From an uncultured Gammaproteobacteria bacterium (GTDB lineage: Bacteria; Patescibacteriota; Microgenomatia; 2-02-FULL-39-11): 59,215 bases of DNA. The notes beneath the pieces were generated by a model. That model did not search any database, was not told the DNA's origin, and worked only from the letters and a program-made list of their open reading frames with translations. How positions within the stretch are numbered: the stretch's first letter is position 1; the number at the start of each line of letters is the position of its first letter. The stretch covers positions 1-59,215 of the forward strand of contig CAZJBV010000007.1 in NCBI GenBank assembly GCA_964544585.1. The letters run 5' to 3'. The translations under genes and the position numbers were made by a program. This document shows, piece by piece, positions 25,166-34,538 of this stretch.

Positions 25166-26269
25166 ATTTTCTATTTTTCTCAACGTCTCATTTTTCTCTC
25201 TTAAAAATAAATTGCTTTTCCTTACCGCAGTCTCTAAAACAGTTAATGTTTTATCATATGTTTCCCGATCCACAGAATACGGCGTCCCATCCTTACCACC
25301 AAACGAAAAACTATACCGCGCCGGATCTTCATAAGATGGTTTGGCTCCATAAATAACCTCCGAAACCAAAGATAGAGCCCGGATCGTTTTTCCTCCTACT
25401 CCAGGAGTCATCAAAAGCCTCTCAAAATTACTGGGTTGAGAAATAATTATCCTCTCAATTGTCTTTTGCAGTTGTGGATGCAAAAATTCCTTTTCTACTG
25501 GATGGTGATGAAATTCAATTCCTGGTAAATCCAAAATTTTAAGTTGCATGTTTTTTGCAGGTTTCGCCAAAATCTTTAAACTTCTATAAAGGCTTCTCTC
25601 ATCTTTTATAATTTCAAGTGTTATTTCTTTATTGCCTTCACTCTTACTACTCGTCAAATCCAAAACACTTGCCATCCTCCCCTGACTTGCAATCCCTGTA
25701 TGTGGTTCTTCTATAAGATTTGTCACCCCACTTCCCAACCAATGATATCTTCTGGCCCGACCAATCATTGTATTCATCCCCTGCTGCACCACCGCCCATT
25801 CTCCCTTTTTATTAAATACAAATGTGTGATGATAAAGCGTAAATCCATCCTGAACTAAAGCCGAGTCTACCTTTGCCGCCGCCCTGCTTGTATACACTAG
25901 CCTGTTAGCCCTCTCCTGTGCCAATCCCAACCTCCATGACCAGTCAACGATTTGATCAGGCGTCTTTCTACTCGTCTTTCCCTTTCCTCCGGTTATAAAT
26001 ACATCAGCATCTCTCTCCAATCCTCTCAAAGCTTCTTTTAATGCCGCCGTTGTCGTAATCGTCAATCCCGACGCATTCCAGTCAAACGCCATCAGAGTTC
26101 CTAAGGATTGAAACCATACCGGATCCGCCAGCCTCTTTATAAATTCCTCACTCCCAAATTCCGAAATGATGGCAGTAGCAATCACCCTCCCCAATCGCGT
26201 CATCCGCTCAAATAGCCACGGCGGACACCGTCCATAATCCAACGTCATCGTCGCCACACCCGTTCTCAT
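25151..26269 (-). CDS. DUF763-family protein
   Basis: L.YGRCPPWLF.RM, RLADP.WFQSLG..M.FDW.ASG.T, VVQQGMN, ARRYHW, DPARYSF.FGGKDG. Confidence 0.88.
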   Translation of the reverse strand: MRTGVATMTLDYGRCPPWLFERMTRLGRVIATAIISEFGSEEFIKRLADPVWFQSLGTLMAFDWNASGLTITTTAALKEALRGLERDADVFITGGKGKTSRKTPDQIVDWSWRLGLAQERANRLVYTSRAAAKVDSALVQDGFTLYHHTFVFNKKGEWAVVQQGMNTMIGRARRYHWLGSGVTNLIEEPHTGIASQGRMASVLDLTSSKSEGNKEITLEIIKDERSLYRSLKILAKPAKNMQLKILDLPGIEFHHHPVEKEFLHPQLQKTIERIIISQPSNFERLLMTPGVGGKTIRALSLVSEVIYGAKPSYEDPARYSFSFGGKDGTPYSVDRETYDKTLTVLETAVRKSNLFLREKNETLRKIENLFAS

Positions 26270-26328
26270 AGGATTTTCATTATACTCTCCCAATTGTTGA
26301 TTACAACCAAAAACTATAAAATAAGATT

Positions 26329-27003
26329 ATGCTTCAAAGAAGAACTAAATACCTCCAAATTGCCCTCAATAGTACGCTCAATGAAGCCTATCAAATCATC
26401 TCTACCCTTCCCTCCAGTCCCCGTATTATTATTGAGGCCGGCACACCTCTCATCAAAAGATACGGTACTGAAGCCATTTCCAGTCTTTATGCATGGTGGC
26501 AACAAAGACTTAATGGCACAAACACCCTTCCCTACGTCGCTGCCGACCTAAAAACCATGGATCGCGGCGAAACAGAAGTTGTCATAGCCAAAGAAGGAGG
26601 AGCTTCTGCAGCCATCGCATTAGGTCAAGCTCCCATCGAAACAATCAACGCCTTTATCGATTCCTGTAAAAAAACCTCTCTTGACTCCATGCTCGATATG
26701 ATGAATATAGACCAACCAGTAAAAGTCCTTCGCAGACTTAAAAAATTACCAGACGTCGTCCTCCTCCATCGCGGCGTCGACGAGGAGTCTTACAATAAAG
26801 ACAAACCCATCCCCTATCATCAGATAAATAAACTTAGGGCAAGTTACAACGTCAAAATATCAATAGCAGGAGGAGATACAATCAGAGAAGTCCAAAGAGC
26901 AGTCTTTAACGATGCCGATATAGTCGTCGTCTGGAAAGAATTCTACCAATCGTCAGAAGACACAGGCACCCTCGCCGAGGAATTTTTAAAAGTAATAAAG
27001 TGA
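26329..27003 (+). CDS. OMPDC/HUMPS-fold protein (3-hexulose-6-phosphate synthase-like)
   Basis: LQIAL, IIEAGTPLIKRYG, ADLKTMD (DxKxxD), LHRGVDEE, IAGG. Confidence 0.8.
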   Translation: MLQRRTKYLQIALNSTLNEAYQIISTLPSSPRIIIEAGTPLIKRYGTEAISSLYAWWQQRLNGTNTLPYVAADLKTMDRGETEVVIAKEGGASAAIALGQAPIETINAFIDSCKKTSLDSMLDMMNIDQPVKVLRRLKKLPDVVLLHRGVDEESYNKDKPIPYHQINKLRASYNVKISIAGGDTIREVQRAVFNDADIVVVWKEFYQSSEDTGTLAEEFLKVIK

Positions 27004-27004
27004 T

Positions 27005-28387
27005 TTAGTTGCAAAGGTTAGGATTCTCCTCACAAAATTTCTTTTGACTTTCCTCAACTTTTTTCTGCATTTCTTCATTTTTCTTACCCATCTCTTCCCA
27101 CCTCTTCCAGAAATCTTCTTCCCATTCGCGGCTCCCTGGCGCCCCCGGCGCAATCGAAGGCAAATTATATTGCAAAGTCGATCCGCTATTTGGTTGAGAT
27201 TGATTCAAATTTTGCGGCACTTGCGGAATTGCTGGTTTCTCTCCCGGCGAGAGACCCCCTCCCAAAATCACTCCCAATATCGGTAATAATTCTTTTGTAG
27301 CCGCTGCTGACACCTCCTCAAATCCCACAATCTCCGTAGGCTTAGAGATAGAAGAAGCATTATTGTAAGAAGATAGCCTCAATGTACCTATATCTACCAG
27401 CTCTCTCTCGGCTTTTCCCTCCAACAAATCCTCAATTTGCCCCGTAAAATTTCTTAAATATGAAAGTTCCTCCTGCTCGCGACTCCCTTCAGAAATTAGC
27501 TCATCCAAAGTTTTCCCCGGCACCTTTGGCATCCTAAACATCACTTCTTTTACATATTTATCGTCAGATATAAGTACATCTATTAAATCACCGTCCCAAC
27601 TATCAACTGACTCTACAAATTTCACCACAGTATTAATCTGAGAAACTTTTATATCCAAATCCGTATCTTTAAGACTATTAATTGCACTGATTAGTTTTTG
27701 TTTATCAAAACCCAAGGCAATCCTCGTATATGACTCATTATCCTTTTTAAATCCCCTCTCAAATCTATGAATAATCAAAGCCTCCTCAAATTTCTTATAG
27801 ACAGCCTCATATTCTTTATTTGCCAAAGATGTAGTCGGAGTTATTGTCCCTGTCCCACCCTCCTCCGGAAGTGAAATAAATAGCCATTTACTCCCAGTCA
27901 GGATAGGATAAACCAACTTATATGTCTCCAACGTTTCTAAATTGGCAATTACAGACTTTAAAGTTAGAATGATTTCATCGAGCTTCGAATACGTCCCCTG
28001 AATATATATCTCCTTACTATTTAAAACCATTGTCCCACTAAATTTATTCCCAACTTGACCTTCTATTTTATCCCATGACAACGAAATTTTTGAGAATGGA
28101 GAATCACCATCATGAAAAATTCCATCCACACTAAAACTCTTATCATTAGAAGAAAATGACAATACGACCGATTTCGCTTCAAGAGATTTTTTAACTGCCT
28201 CAGAAAGGAAATCTTCAGGCTTAGTAGCGAAAAAAGTATATCCCAAAACAGCCAAACTCGACAGAATAAGAAAACCTATTACTCCAAAAAATCCGATAAA
28301 AAGCTTAGTATGCGTCTTTGGGACAGGTGGTGTAGGAATTGAAGGTGGAGGCGTCGCTGATAATGGGGGATTTGCTGAAACTTGCAT
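27005..28387 (-). CDS. Membrane-anchored hypothetical protein
   Basis: Pro-rich N-terminus, single TM, large soluble domain. Confidence 0.7.
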   Translation of the reverse strand: MQVSANPPLSATPPPSIPTPPVPKTHTKLFIGFFGVIGFLILSSLAVLGYTFFATKPEDFLSEAVKKSLEAKSVVLSFSSNDKSFSVDGIFHDGDSPFSKISLSWDKIEGQVGNKFSGTMVLNSKEIYIQGTYSKLDEIILTLKSVIANLETLETYKLVYPILTGSKWLFISLPEEGGTGTITPTTSLANKEYEAVYKKFEEALIIHRFERGFKKDNESYTRIALGFDKQKLISAINSLKDTDLDIKVSQINTVVKFVESVDSWDGDLIDVLISDDKYVKEVMFRMPKVPGKTLDELISEGSREQEELSYLRNFTGQIEDLLEGKAERELVDIGTLRLSSYNNASSISKPTEIVGFEEVSAAATKELLPILGVILGGGLSPGEKPAIPQVPQNLNQSQPNSGSTLQYNLPSIAPGAPGSREWEEDFWKRWEEMGKKNEEMQKKVEESQKKFCEENPNLCN

Positions 28388-28390
28388 ACA

Positions 28391-29149
28391 CTATTTCTTT
28401 CCCGTCAAAGCCCTCAATCCCTCAATCACCTCAATCGGAAGCGCAAAAACTACTGTATTAGCAGGATTGGCAGTTGTTGCTTCTATTGTCTGTAGAGTCC
28501 GCAAAGATATTGCCCCAGATACAGCCATCTGTTCCATCGCTTTTTTGAGATTCTCAGACGCAGACAGTTCTCCCTGTGAACGGATTATTGTTGCCCTTCT
28601 TTCTCTCTCCGCCTCAGCCTGCTTTGCCATCGCCCTCTTCATATCGGCAGGCAGTTCTATGTCTTGTATCTTAATTGCCGTCACATCTACTCCCCATTCC
28701 GTAGTTTCCTGATCAACCAGTTTTTTTATCTCATCCGCAATCTTTTGCCTATCAATAAGTAAACTATCCAGCTCAACTCCCCCAATTACATCCCTCAAAG
28801 CAGTTTGCGCATACTGAGTCACCGCATATGTATAATCTTGAATTTTCAAAACCGCATCCTCAGGTTTTGTTACTTGAAAATAAACAACCGCATTAATTCC
28901 TACCGGCACATTATCCTTTGTAATCACTTCTTGCTGCGGAATGTCAGATGTAGTAATCCTTATATCCACCCGAATAAGCCTTTGAAATATGGGCACAATC
29001 ACCTTTAGTCCCGGCTCCAAAGTGTACGAATAAGATCCCAATGTCAAAACTATTCCCCTCTCGTACTGATTAATCACCTTCAACCCTGAAAGAGCCAAAA
29101 TTATGGCAAAAATTATAAAAAAAATAAAAAACCCGCTAAATATTTCCAT
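28391..29149 (-). CDS. SPFH/Band 7 (slipin/stomatin-like) protein
   Basis: INQYERG, VITKDNV, AQTALRDVIG, MAKQAEAERERRA. Confidence 0.93.
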   Translation of the reverse strand: MEIFSGFFIFFIIFAIILALSGLKVINQYERGIVLTLGSYSYTLEPGLKVIVPIFQRLIRVDIRITTSDIPQQEVITKDNVPVGINAVVYFQVTKPEDAVLKIQDYTYAVTQYAQTALRDVIGGVELDSLLIDRQKIADEIKKLVDQETTEWGVDVTAIKIQDIELPADMKRAMAKQAEAERERRATIIRSQGELSASENLKKAMEQMAVSGAISLRTLQTIEATTANPANTVVFALPIEVIEGLRALTGKK

Positions 29150-29192
29150 ACAATATTATAATGACTCATTAGCATTAAAAACACAATAGTTT

Positions 29193-29302
29193 TTGACAAA
29201 AGAGCCTAATTGTGGTACCATTTAATATGGTTGCCAAAAGTAACCAGCTAAATATTAAAACAAACAATTCACGACCAACTCGGCAAAATGCCGAGTTTTT
29301 TT
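29193..29302 (+). promoter_or_regulatory. Promoter and early terminator-like hairpin of the purine salvage operon
   Basis: TTGACA(29193)-17 nt-TACCAT(29216); hairpin tggttgc/gtaacca; aactcggc-aaaat-gccgagtt plus T-run (29277-29302). Confidence 0.6.
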
Positions 29303-29736
29303 ATACTAAAAATATAAAAACCATCGTCTTCTGCGGCTCATTCAAGTTTTATAAAGATATGGAAAAGGCGGCCAATCCTCTTAGAGAAAAGGGCTTCACC
29401 GTCATCGTCCCCCAACCATCTCACATCAGACACGCCCATCTTCCCCAAAGCCTCAAAATAGGCAAATTTAGTAAAAAAACTTTAACCCGCTGGGAGGGTG
29501 AAGGCGCGTTCCAACACTTAGAAAACATACGAAAAGCAGATCTTGTCTACATTTTCAATAAAGGTTCCTACTTAGGCCCGGCAGTCACCGTAGAAATAGG
29601 ATTTTCCCTGGCCCTAAAAATTCCCATTTTCTCCAAAGCACCCATCAAAGACATCACCGTTACCAATTTTATAACCGGCGTAGTCTCACCCCAAAAATTA
29701 CTTGCATTATTAACCAAAAAAGATACGATTAAATAA
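29227..29736 (+). CDS. Nucleoside 2-deoxyribosyltransferase-like / Rossmann-fold nucleotide hydrolase
   Basis: IVFCGS..F, IRKADLVYIFN..SYLG..VTVEIGFSLAL..PI; start uncertain. Confidence 0.65.
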   Translation: MVAKSNQLNIKTNNSRPTRQNAEFFYTKNIKTIVFCGSFKFYKDMEKAANPLREKGFTVIVPQPSHIRHAHLPQSLKIGKFSKKTLTRWEGEGAFQHLENIRKADLVYIFNKGSYLGPAVTVEIGFSLALKIPIFSKAPIKDITVTNFITGVVSPQKLLALLTKKDTIK

Positions 29737-29740
29737 AGCT

Positions 29741-30727
29741 ATGACTAACCTAAAATTTGGCGAACTTACAGAATTACATGCACATGTAGGCTCTTCAGTC
29801 TCCCCACCCATCATGTGGGAAATAGCCCATGACCAGGGCATAAAACTTCCTACCAAAGACTACTGGGAATTTGAGCGCCTCATTACCGTCCAGGATGTTA
29901 CCACATACGATAAATATTTAAGCCTCTTTCACTGGACCGAACTCATTCAATCGTCCCCAGAAGCAATCGAAAGAAGTGTTTATGCCATAGCCTCCGGAGC
30001 TTACCGAAAAACAAATATTACCACCCTCGAAATTCGCCTCAATCCCATGAAAAGAAATAGAGGCGGCGAAAGAGATCTCGACCATATCATTTTGGCAAGC
30101 ATTAGAGGCATGGAAAAAGCCATGCTCGCCTACCCGCTTCGCGTCGGTCTTATCTTTTGCCTCGATCGCACCTTTAGTCCAGAATTAAATATAATTATTG
30201 CCCAAAAAGCCATCAAATATCATAAAAGAGGCGTCATCGGCCTCGATCTCGCCGGACACATCAACGACTCATTTGATCTTTCCAAAATTGCCGAGGTCAT
30301 TGACAAGAGTAAAAAGGCTGGACTCGGCATCACCATCCACACAGGCGAGGCAACCGGTGCAGACGAGGTCAAAAAAGTAGTTGATCTTTTATCCCCCCAA
30401 CGCATTGGCCATGGCGTGAGATCGACAGAAGACGAAAATGTACTTTCACTTCTTTCTCAAAAAGGCATAGTTTTAGAGGTCTGCCCCTCTTCAAATATTC
30501 ACACAGGAGTTGTCAAAAATCTCTCCGACTTCAAAAACATTTTCGCTTTACTAAAAAAACACAATGTTCCTTTTACCATAAACACCGATGGTCCAGAAAT
30601 GCTGCAAACAGATTTAATCAAAGAATATCATCTTCTACTTAACAACAATATTCTCGGAAAAGTTGATTTAAAAAAGTCTACAGAAACAGCCAAAAAGGCA
30701 AGCTTTATCAAATATGAATACTTATAG
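29741..30727 (+). CDS. add: Adenosine/adenine deaminase
   Basis: ELHAHVG, TIHTGE, RIGHG, EVCPSSN, INTD. Confidence 0.9.
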   Translation: MTNLKFGELTELHAHVGSSVSPPIMWEIAHDQGIKLPTKDYWEFERLITVQDVTTYDKYLSLFHWTELIQSSPEAIERSVYAIASGAYRKTNITTLEIRLNPMKRNRGGERDLDHIILASIRGMEKAMLAYPLRVGLIFCLDRTFSPELNIIIAQKAIKYHKRGVIGLDLAGHINDSFDLSKIAEVIDKSKKAGLGITIHTGEATGADEVKKVVDLLSPQRIGHGVRSTEDENVLSLLSQKGIVLEVCPSSNIHTGVVKNLSDFKNIFALLKKHNVPFTINTDGPEMLQTDLIKEYHLLLNNNILGKVDLKKSTETAKKASFIKYEYL

Positions 30728-31838
30728 CTCTAAAATTGTAACTTCAGAAGGCTTGACGTTTGACGACGTCCTTATTTTGCCGGACTATACAGATACCAAA
30801 CGCCAGGACATTTCTCTCAAAACCCGCCTTACCCCAAAAATTTCCCTCGAGATTCCTATCCTCTCCTCTCCCATGGATACAGTCACAACTGCACCTATGG
30901 CATTAAGTCTCGCCAAACTTGGCGGTATAGGCTTTATCCATCGAAACCTAACAATAGACCAACAAGTAGAAGAAATAAAAGTCGTCAAAACAGGTAATCA
31001 TATGGTCGGCGCAGCAGTCGGCGTCGGCCGCGACCTCGAAGAACGCGTCGCCAAAATAGTTGCCGTCGATGTCGACATAATTTTAGTCGATTCCGCCCAT
31101 GGCTTTTCTAAATGGGTCATCGAAGCCATAGAATTCATTTCGGGAAAATATCCAAATATAGAAATTATCGGAGGAAATATCTCCACAAAAGAAGCCGCCG
31201 AAAAACTCATCGAGGCAGGCGCCAAAGCCCTCCGGGTCGGTATGGGCCCGGGATCAATCTGTACCACCAGAGTCATCTCCGGCATGGGTGTCCCCCAAAT
31301 TACCGCCATCATGGAAGTCTACGCTGTGGCCAGAAAACATGATATTCCCATTATCGCCGACGGCGGTATTAAAAGTTCTGGGGACATTACCAAGGCATTA
31401 GCCGCTGGTTCAGATACGGTCATGCTCGGCTCTCTTCTAGCCGGCGCCGACGAAGCTCCCGGCGAAAAAGTAACCCTGCCTGCCCGTCCGGCAGGCGGGC
31501 CTGCCGGCAGGCAGGGCATAAAAGGCAAAGAATTTAAAAGATATAGAGGCATGGGCTCGGTTGCCGCCATGAAAGAAGGCGGCGCCGCCCGCTACGGCCA
31601 AGAATACGTCAAAGGCAAAGAAAAAACATTAATAGAAGAAGGCGTCGAGGGTCTCGTTCCCTACAAAGGCAGCCTCAAAGACGTCATCATCCAGCTAACA
31701 GGCGGCCTTCGCACCGGTATGTATTACGCCGGAGTAAAAAATATCGAAGAACTCAAAACCAAAACCAAATTCCTAAAAATCACCCAAAGCTCTTTAATCG
31801 AAAACTACCCCCAAGATATCATCATTCAGCAAAAATAA
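30714..31838 (+). CDS. guaB: IMP dehydrogenase (no CBS subdomain)
   Basis: [48 protein letters not shown]. Confidence 0.93.
   Translation: MNTYSSKIVTSEGLTFDDVLILPDYTDTKRQDISLKTRLTPKISLEIPILSSPMDTVTTAPMALSLAKLGGIGFIHRNLTIDQQVEEIKVVKTGNHMVGAAVGVGRDLEERVAKIVAVDVDIILVDSAHGFSKWVIEAIEFISGKYPNIEIIGGNISTKEAAEKLIEAGAKALRVGMGPGSICTTRVISGMGVPQITAIMEVYAVARKHDIPIIADGGIKSSGDITKALAAGSDTVMLGSLLAGADEAPGEKVTLPARPAGGPAGRQGIKGKEFKRYRGMGSVAAMKEGGAARYGQEYVKGKEKTLIEEGVEGLVPYKGSLKDVIIQLTGGLRTGMYYAGVKNIEELKTKTKFLKITQSSLIENYPQDIIIQQK
31475..31516. repeat. 42-bp nested 'PAGRQ' element, in frame in guaB
   Basis: cctgcctgcccgtccggcaggcgggcctgccggcaggcaggg; removing it gives KVTIKGK. Confidence 0.9.
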
Positions 31839-31839
31839 T

Positions 31840-33357
31840 ATGATCTTAATTGTTGATTTTGGCTCTCAAACAACCCATCTTATTAGTCGCCGTGTCAAAG
31901 ACTTAGGCGTCAAAACCCAAATCGTCTTACCCAGTGAAGCGCTTTCCGCCATAAAACAATACAGCCCCAAAGGAGTTATCCTCTCCGGTGGTCCATCATC
32001 AGTCTACGGAAAAGATGGACTGTTGGTAGACAAAAAAATCTTTGACTTGGGCCTCCCGATTTTAGGAATTTGCTATGGTCACGAAGTCATGGCGCACCTT
32101 CTAGGCGGAAAAGTCGAGCCCGGTGTAAGGAAAGAATACGGACCAGAGCAACTGACAGTCACCAAAGATAATTCTCTTTTCAAAGGCTTAAACAAAAAAG
32201 AGTTCGTCTGGAACAGCCATTTTGATCGAGTCATAGCCCCACCCCAAGGATCTCAAATCACTGGCACTACTCCTTCCGTTTCCGTCGCCTCTTTTGCCGA
32301 TGAAGAAAAAAGGTTATATGGCACCATGTTTCACCCCGAGTCACACCACACAAAAAGTGGCAACAAAATTCTCGGGAATTTTCTCTTTAACATCTGCGGC
32401 GAAATCGCCTCCGACCAAAAAATCCAATTAGACCAATTAGTTAAGGGAGTCAAATCTCAAATCGGTGATAATAAAGCTGTCTGTGCTCTCTCCGGAGGTA
32501 TTGATTCGGCAGTTGCCGCAGTCCTCACCCACAAAGCAATCGGAGACAAACTTACTTGTTTGTATGTCGACACCGGCATGATGCGTAAAGGAGAAACAGA
32601 ACAAATAGTCAATACATTCGAAACCCACTTTGAGTTAAAACTCAAAGTCATCTACGCCGATGACATATTTTTGAAAGCTCTAATAGGCATCATAGACCCC
32701 GAGGATAAAAGAAAAACCATAGGTAGAGTCTTTATAGAGATATTCGAAAAAGAAGCTAAAAAACTTGGCGCCAAATATCTCATTCAGGGAACTATTTATC
32801 CTGACGTTATCGAAAGCAAAGGCACCCAACATGCCCAAGTCATCAAATCCCATCACAACGTTGGCGGTCTACCAGAAAAGCACGGCTTCAAAATTGTCGA
32901 ACCTTTAAGAAATCTCTACAAAGATGAGGTTAGGGAAATTGCCAAACAGCTAGGATTTCCAGAAAGTCTCATCTGGCGGCACGTCTTCCCTGGTCCCGGC
33001 CTTGCGGTACGTATTATAGGAGAGGTTACAAAGGAGAAACTTTTTATACTTAGACATGCAGACGCCATTGTTGTAGATGAACTCAAAAAGGCAGGTCTCT
33101 ACGACCAAATCTGGATGGGTTTTGCCATTTTCGCCGGAATAAAAACAACAGGTGTTGCCGGTGACGAAAGAAAATATGGCGAAACAATTGCCCTCAGAAT
33201 AATTGAGTCCAAAGACACCATGTCGGCAGACTGGGTTAGGCTTCCTTACGATCTTCTTGCCAAAATATCCCACCGCATCGTCACCGAAGTCTTCGAGGTC
33301 AACCGCGTCGTCTATGATGTCACCACCAAACCCCCCGCCACCATGGAGTGGGAGTAG
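31840..33357 (+). CDS. guaA: GMP synthase (glutamine-hydrolysing)
   Basis: DFGSQ, LSGGPSSVY, GICYG, FHPE, SGGIDS, QGTIYPDVIES, KSHHNVGGLP, KPPATMEWE. Confidence 0.97.
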   Translation: MILIVDFGSQTTHLISRRVKDLGVKTQIVLPSEALSAIKQYSPKGVILSGGPSSVYGKDGLLVDKKIFDLGLPILGICYGHEVMAHLLGGKVEPGVRKEYGPEQLTVTKDNSLFKGLNKKEFVWNSHFDRVIAPPQGSQITGTTPSVSVASFADEEKRLYGTMFHPESHHTKSGNKILGNFLFNICGEIASDQKIQLDQLVKGVKSQIGDNKAVCALSGGIDSAVAAVLTHKAIGDKLTCLYVDTGMMRKGETEQIVNTFETHFELKLKVIYADDIFLKALIGIIDPEDKRKTIGRVFIEIFEKEAKKLGAKYLIQGTIYPDVIESKGTQHAQVIKSHHNVGGLPEKHGFKIVEPLRNLYKDEVREIAKQLGFPESLIWRHVFPGPGLAVRIIGEVTKEKLFILRHADAIVVDELKKAGLYDQIWMGFAIFAGIKTTGVAGDERKYGETIALRIIESKDTMSADWVRLPYDLLAKISHRIVTEVFEVNRVVYDVTTKPPATMEWE

Positions 33358-33360
33358 CCT

Positions 33361-33831
33361 ATGACTATTAGAAACTGTACTCCAGCAGATATCGATCAGG
33401 TCAGACAACTTGTAAATATTTGCAAACCATTAGGACTTCATCGAAAAGGTACGTATTGGGTACTTTTTACATATTTCAACGATTCCTGCTTTGTTCTTGA
33501 AAAAGATAAAAAAATAGTTGGATTTATATCCGGTTTAAAGAGTACTTCTCAAAAAGGTGTCTTTCATATCTGGCAAATAGGAGTTCTCCAATTGCATCGA
33601 GGTCAAGGACATGCTTATAGATTACTTACCAAGATTCTCGCAAGAGCAAAAGAGCTTAAATGCGACAAAATTCAATTCACAATTGAAGTAGATAACGACA
33701 AAAGCCTAGGATTATTTACTAAATTTGCCCAAAAAAATCACCTTTCCATAAAGAAACTCTATCATATTAGCTATTATGACAGCCTGTCAGGAGAGAGGGA
33801 AAACGAAGATGCTTACGAATATACAATATAA
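33361..33831 (+). CDS. GNAT-family acetyltransferase (EctA-like)
   Basis: IVGFISG, WQIGV...HRGQG.A, N..SLGLF.KFA. Confidence 0.75.
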   Translation: MTIRNCTPADIDQVRQLVNICKPLGLHRKGTYWVLFTYFNDSCFVLEKDKKIVGFISGLKSTSQKGVFHIWQIGVLQLHRGQGHAYRLLTKILARAKELKCDKIQFTIEVDNDKSLGLFTKFAQKNHLSIKKLYHISYYDSLSGERENEDAYEYTI

Positions 33832-33855
33832 ACAACTTTCCAGCATTTTCCTTAC

Positions 33856-33895
33856 TTGACAAAAACTCCTAAGTATTGTACTATTTAGTACAATA
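33856..33895 (+). promoter_or_regulatory. TA operon promoter with palindromic operator
   Basis: TTGACA-17 nt-TACTAT, overlapped by tattgtacta-tt-tagtacaata (33874-33895). Confidence 0.75.
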
Positions 33896-34170
33896 TGGTA
33901 CAAAAGATCGATGTCTCCAAGGCTAGAACTGAATTACCCAAGATTATGGAAGAGGCTTATTTTGAAGATCAACAGTTCATTCTTCTAAGAAGGGGTATTC
34001 CTATGGCAGCCATTGTCGGAATCAACAAAATCATGAATAACAAATTAGCTAAAACTTCCAAGAAAAAAGAAATAACCAGATTATTTGGTATCTGGAAAAA
34101 GAAAAGAGAATCCACTATCGAGATTGCCAATAATCTTAGAGAGAAGGCGTGGAAATATCATGCTAGTTGA
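33895..34170 (+). CDS. Phd/YefM-family antitoxin
   Basis: IDVSKARTELP.I......F.L.RRG.PMAAIV. Confidence 0.8.
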   Translation: MVQKIDVSKARTELPKIMEEAYFEDQQFILLRRGIPMAAIVGINKIMNNKLAKTSKKKEITRLFGIWKKKRESTIEIANNLREKAWKYHAS

Positions 34171-34531
34171 TTCTACAGTCTTCATCGATTATCTTCGAGG
34201 AAATAATAAAGCTAAAGAATTCTTGTTTCAGAATAAACATCTTATAACCAGTGTTGTCGTCGTCATGGAAATAATTGTTGGCTTTTCTAGTAAAAAAGAT
34301 ACTTTTGATTTCCTTCACTTGCTCGAAGAGCTAGATATAGAAATTATTCACATTTCCTCATCCATTTCTTATAAAGCCTTTGAGTTATTTCAACAATATT
34401 TCCGTTCGGGACTAGGCATAGCAGATAGTTTCATTGCTGCAACTGCCCAGGAAGAAAAACAGGCAATAGCCACACACAATACGAGACATTTCTCCCAACT
34501 GGAACATTTTGACATTTTACAACCTTATTAG
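34160..34531 (+). CDS. VapC/PIN-domain toxin
   Basis: MLVDSTVFIDYLR, VVMEI, GIADSFIAATA, THNTRHF. Confidence 0.9.
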   Translation: MLVDSTVFIDYLRGNNKAKEFLFQNKHLITSVVVVMEIIVGFSSKKDTFDFLHLLEELDIEIIHISSSISYKAFELFQQYFRSGLGIADSFIAATAQEEKQAIATHNTRHFSQLEHFDILQPY

Positions 34532-34538
34532 AAGATCA

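Noticed and set aside
29212-29226. GTG start of the NDT-like ORF given by the track
   Set aside because: It falls inside the predicted -10 element, so it could not be on the transcript
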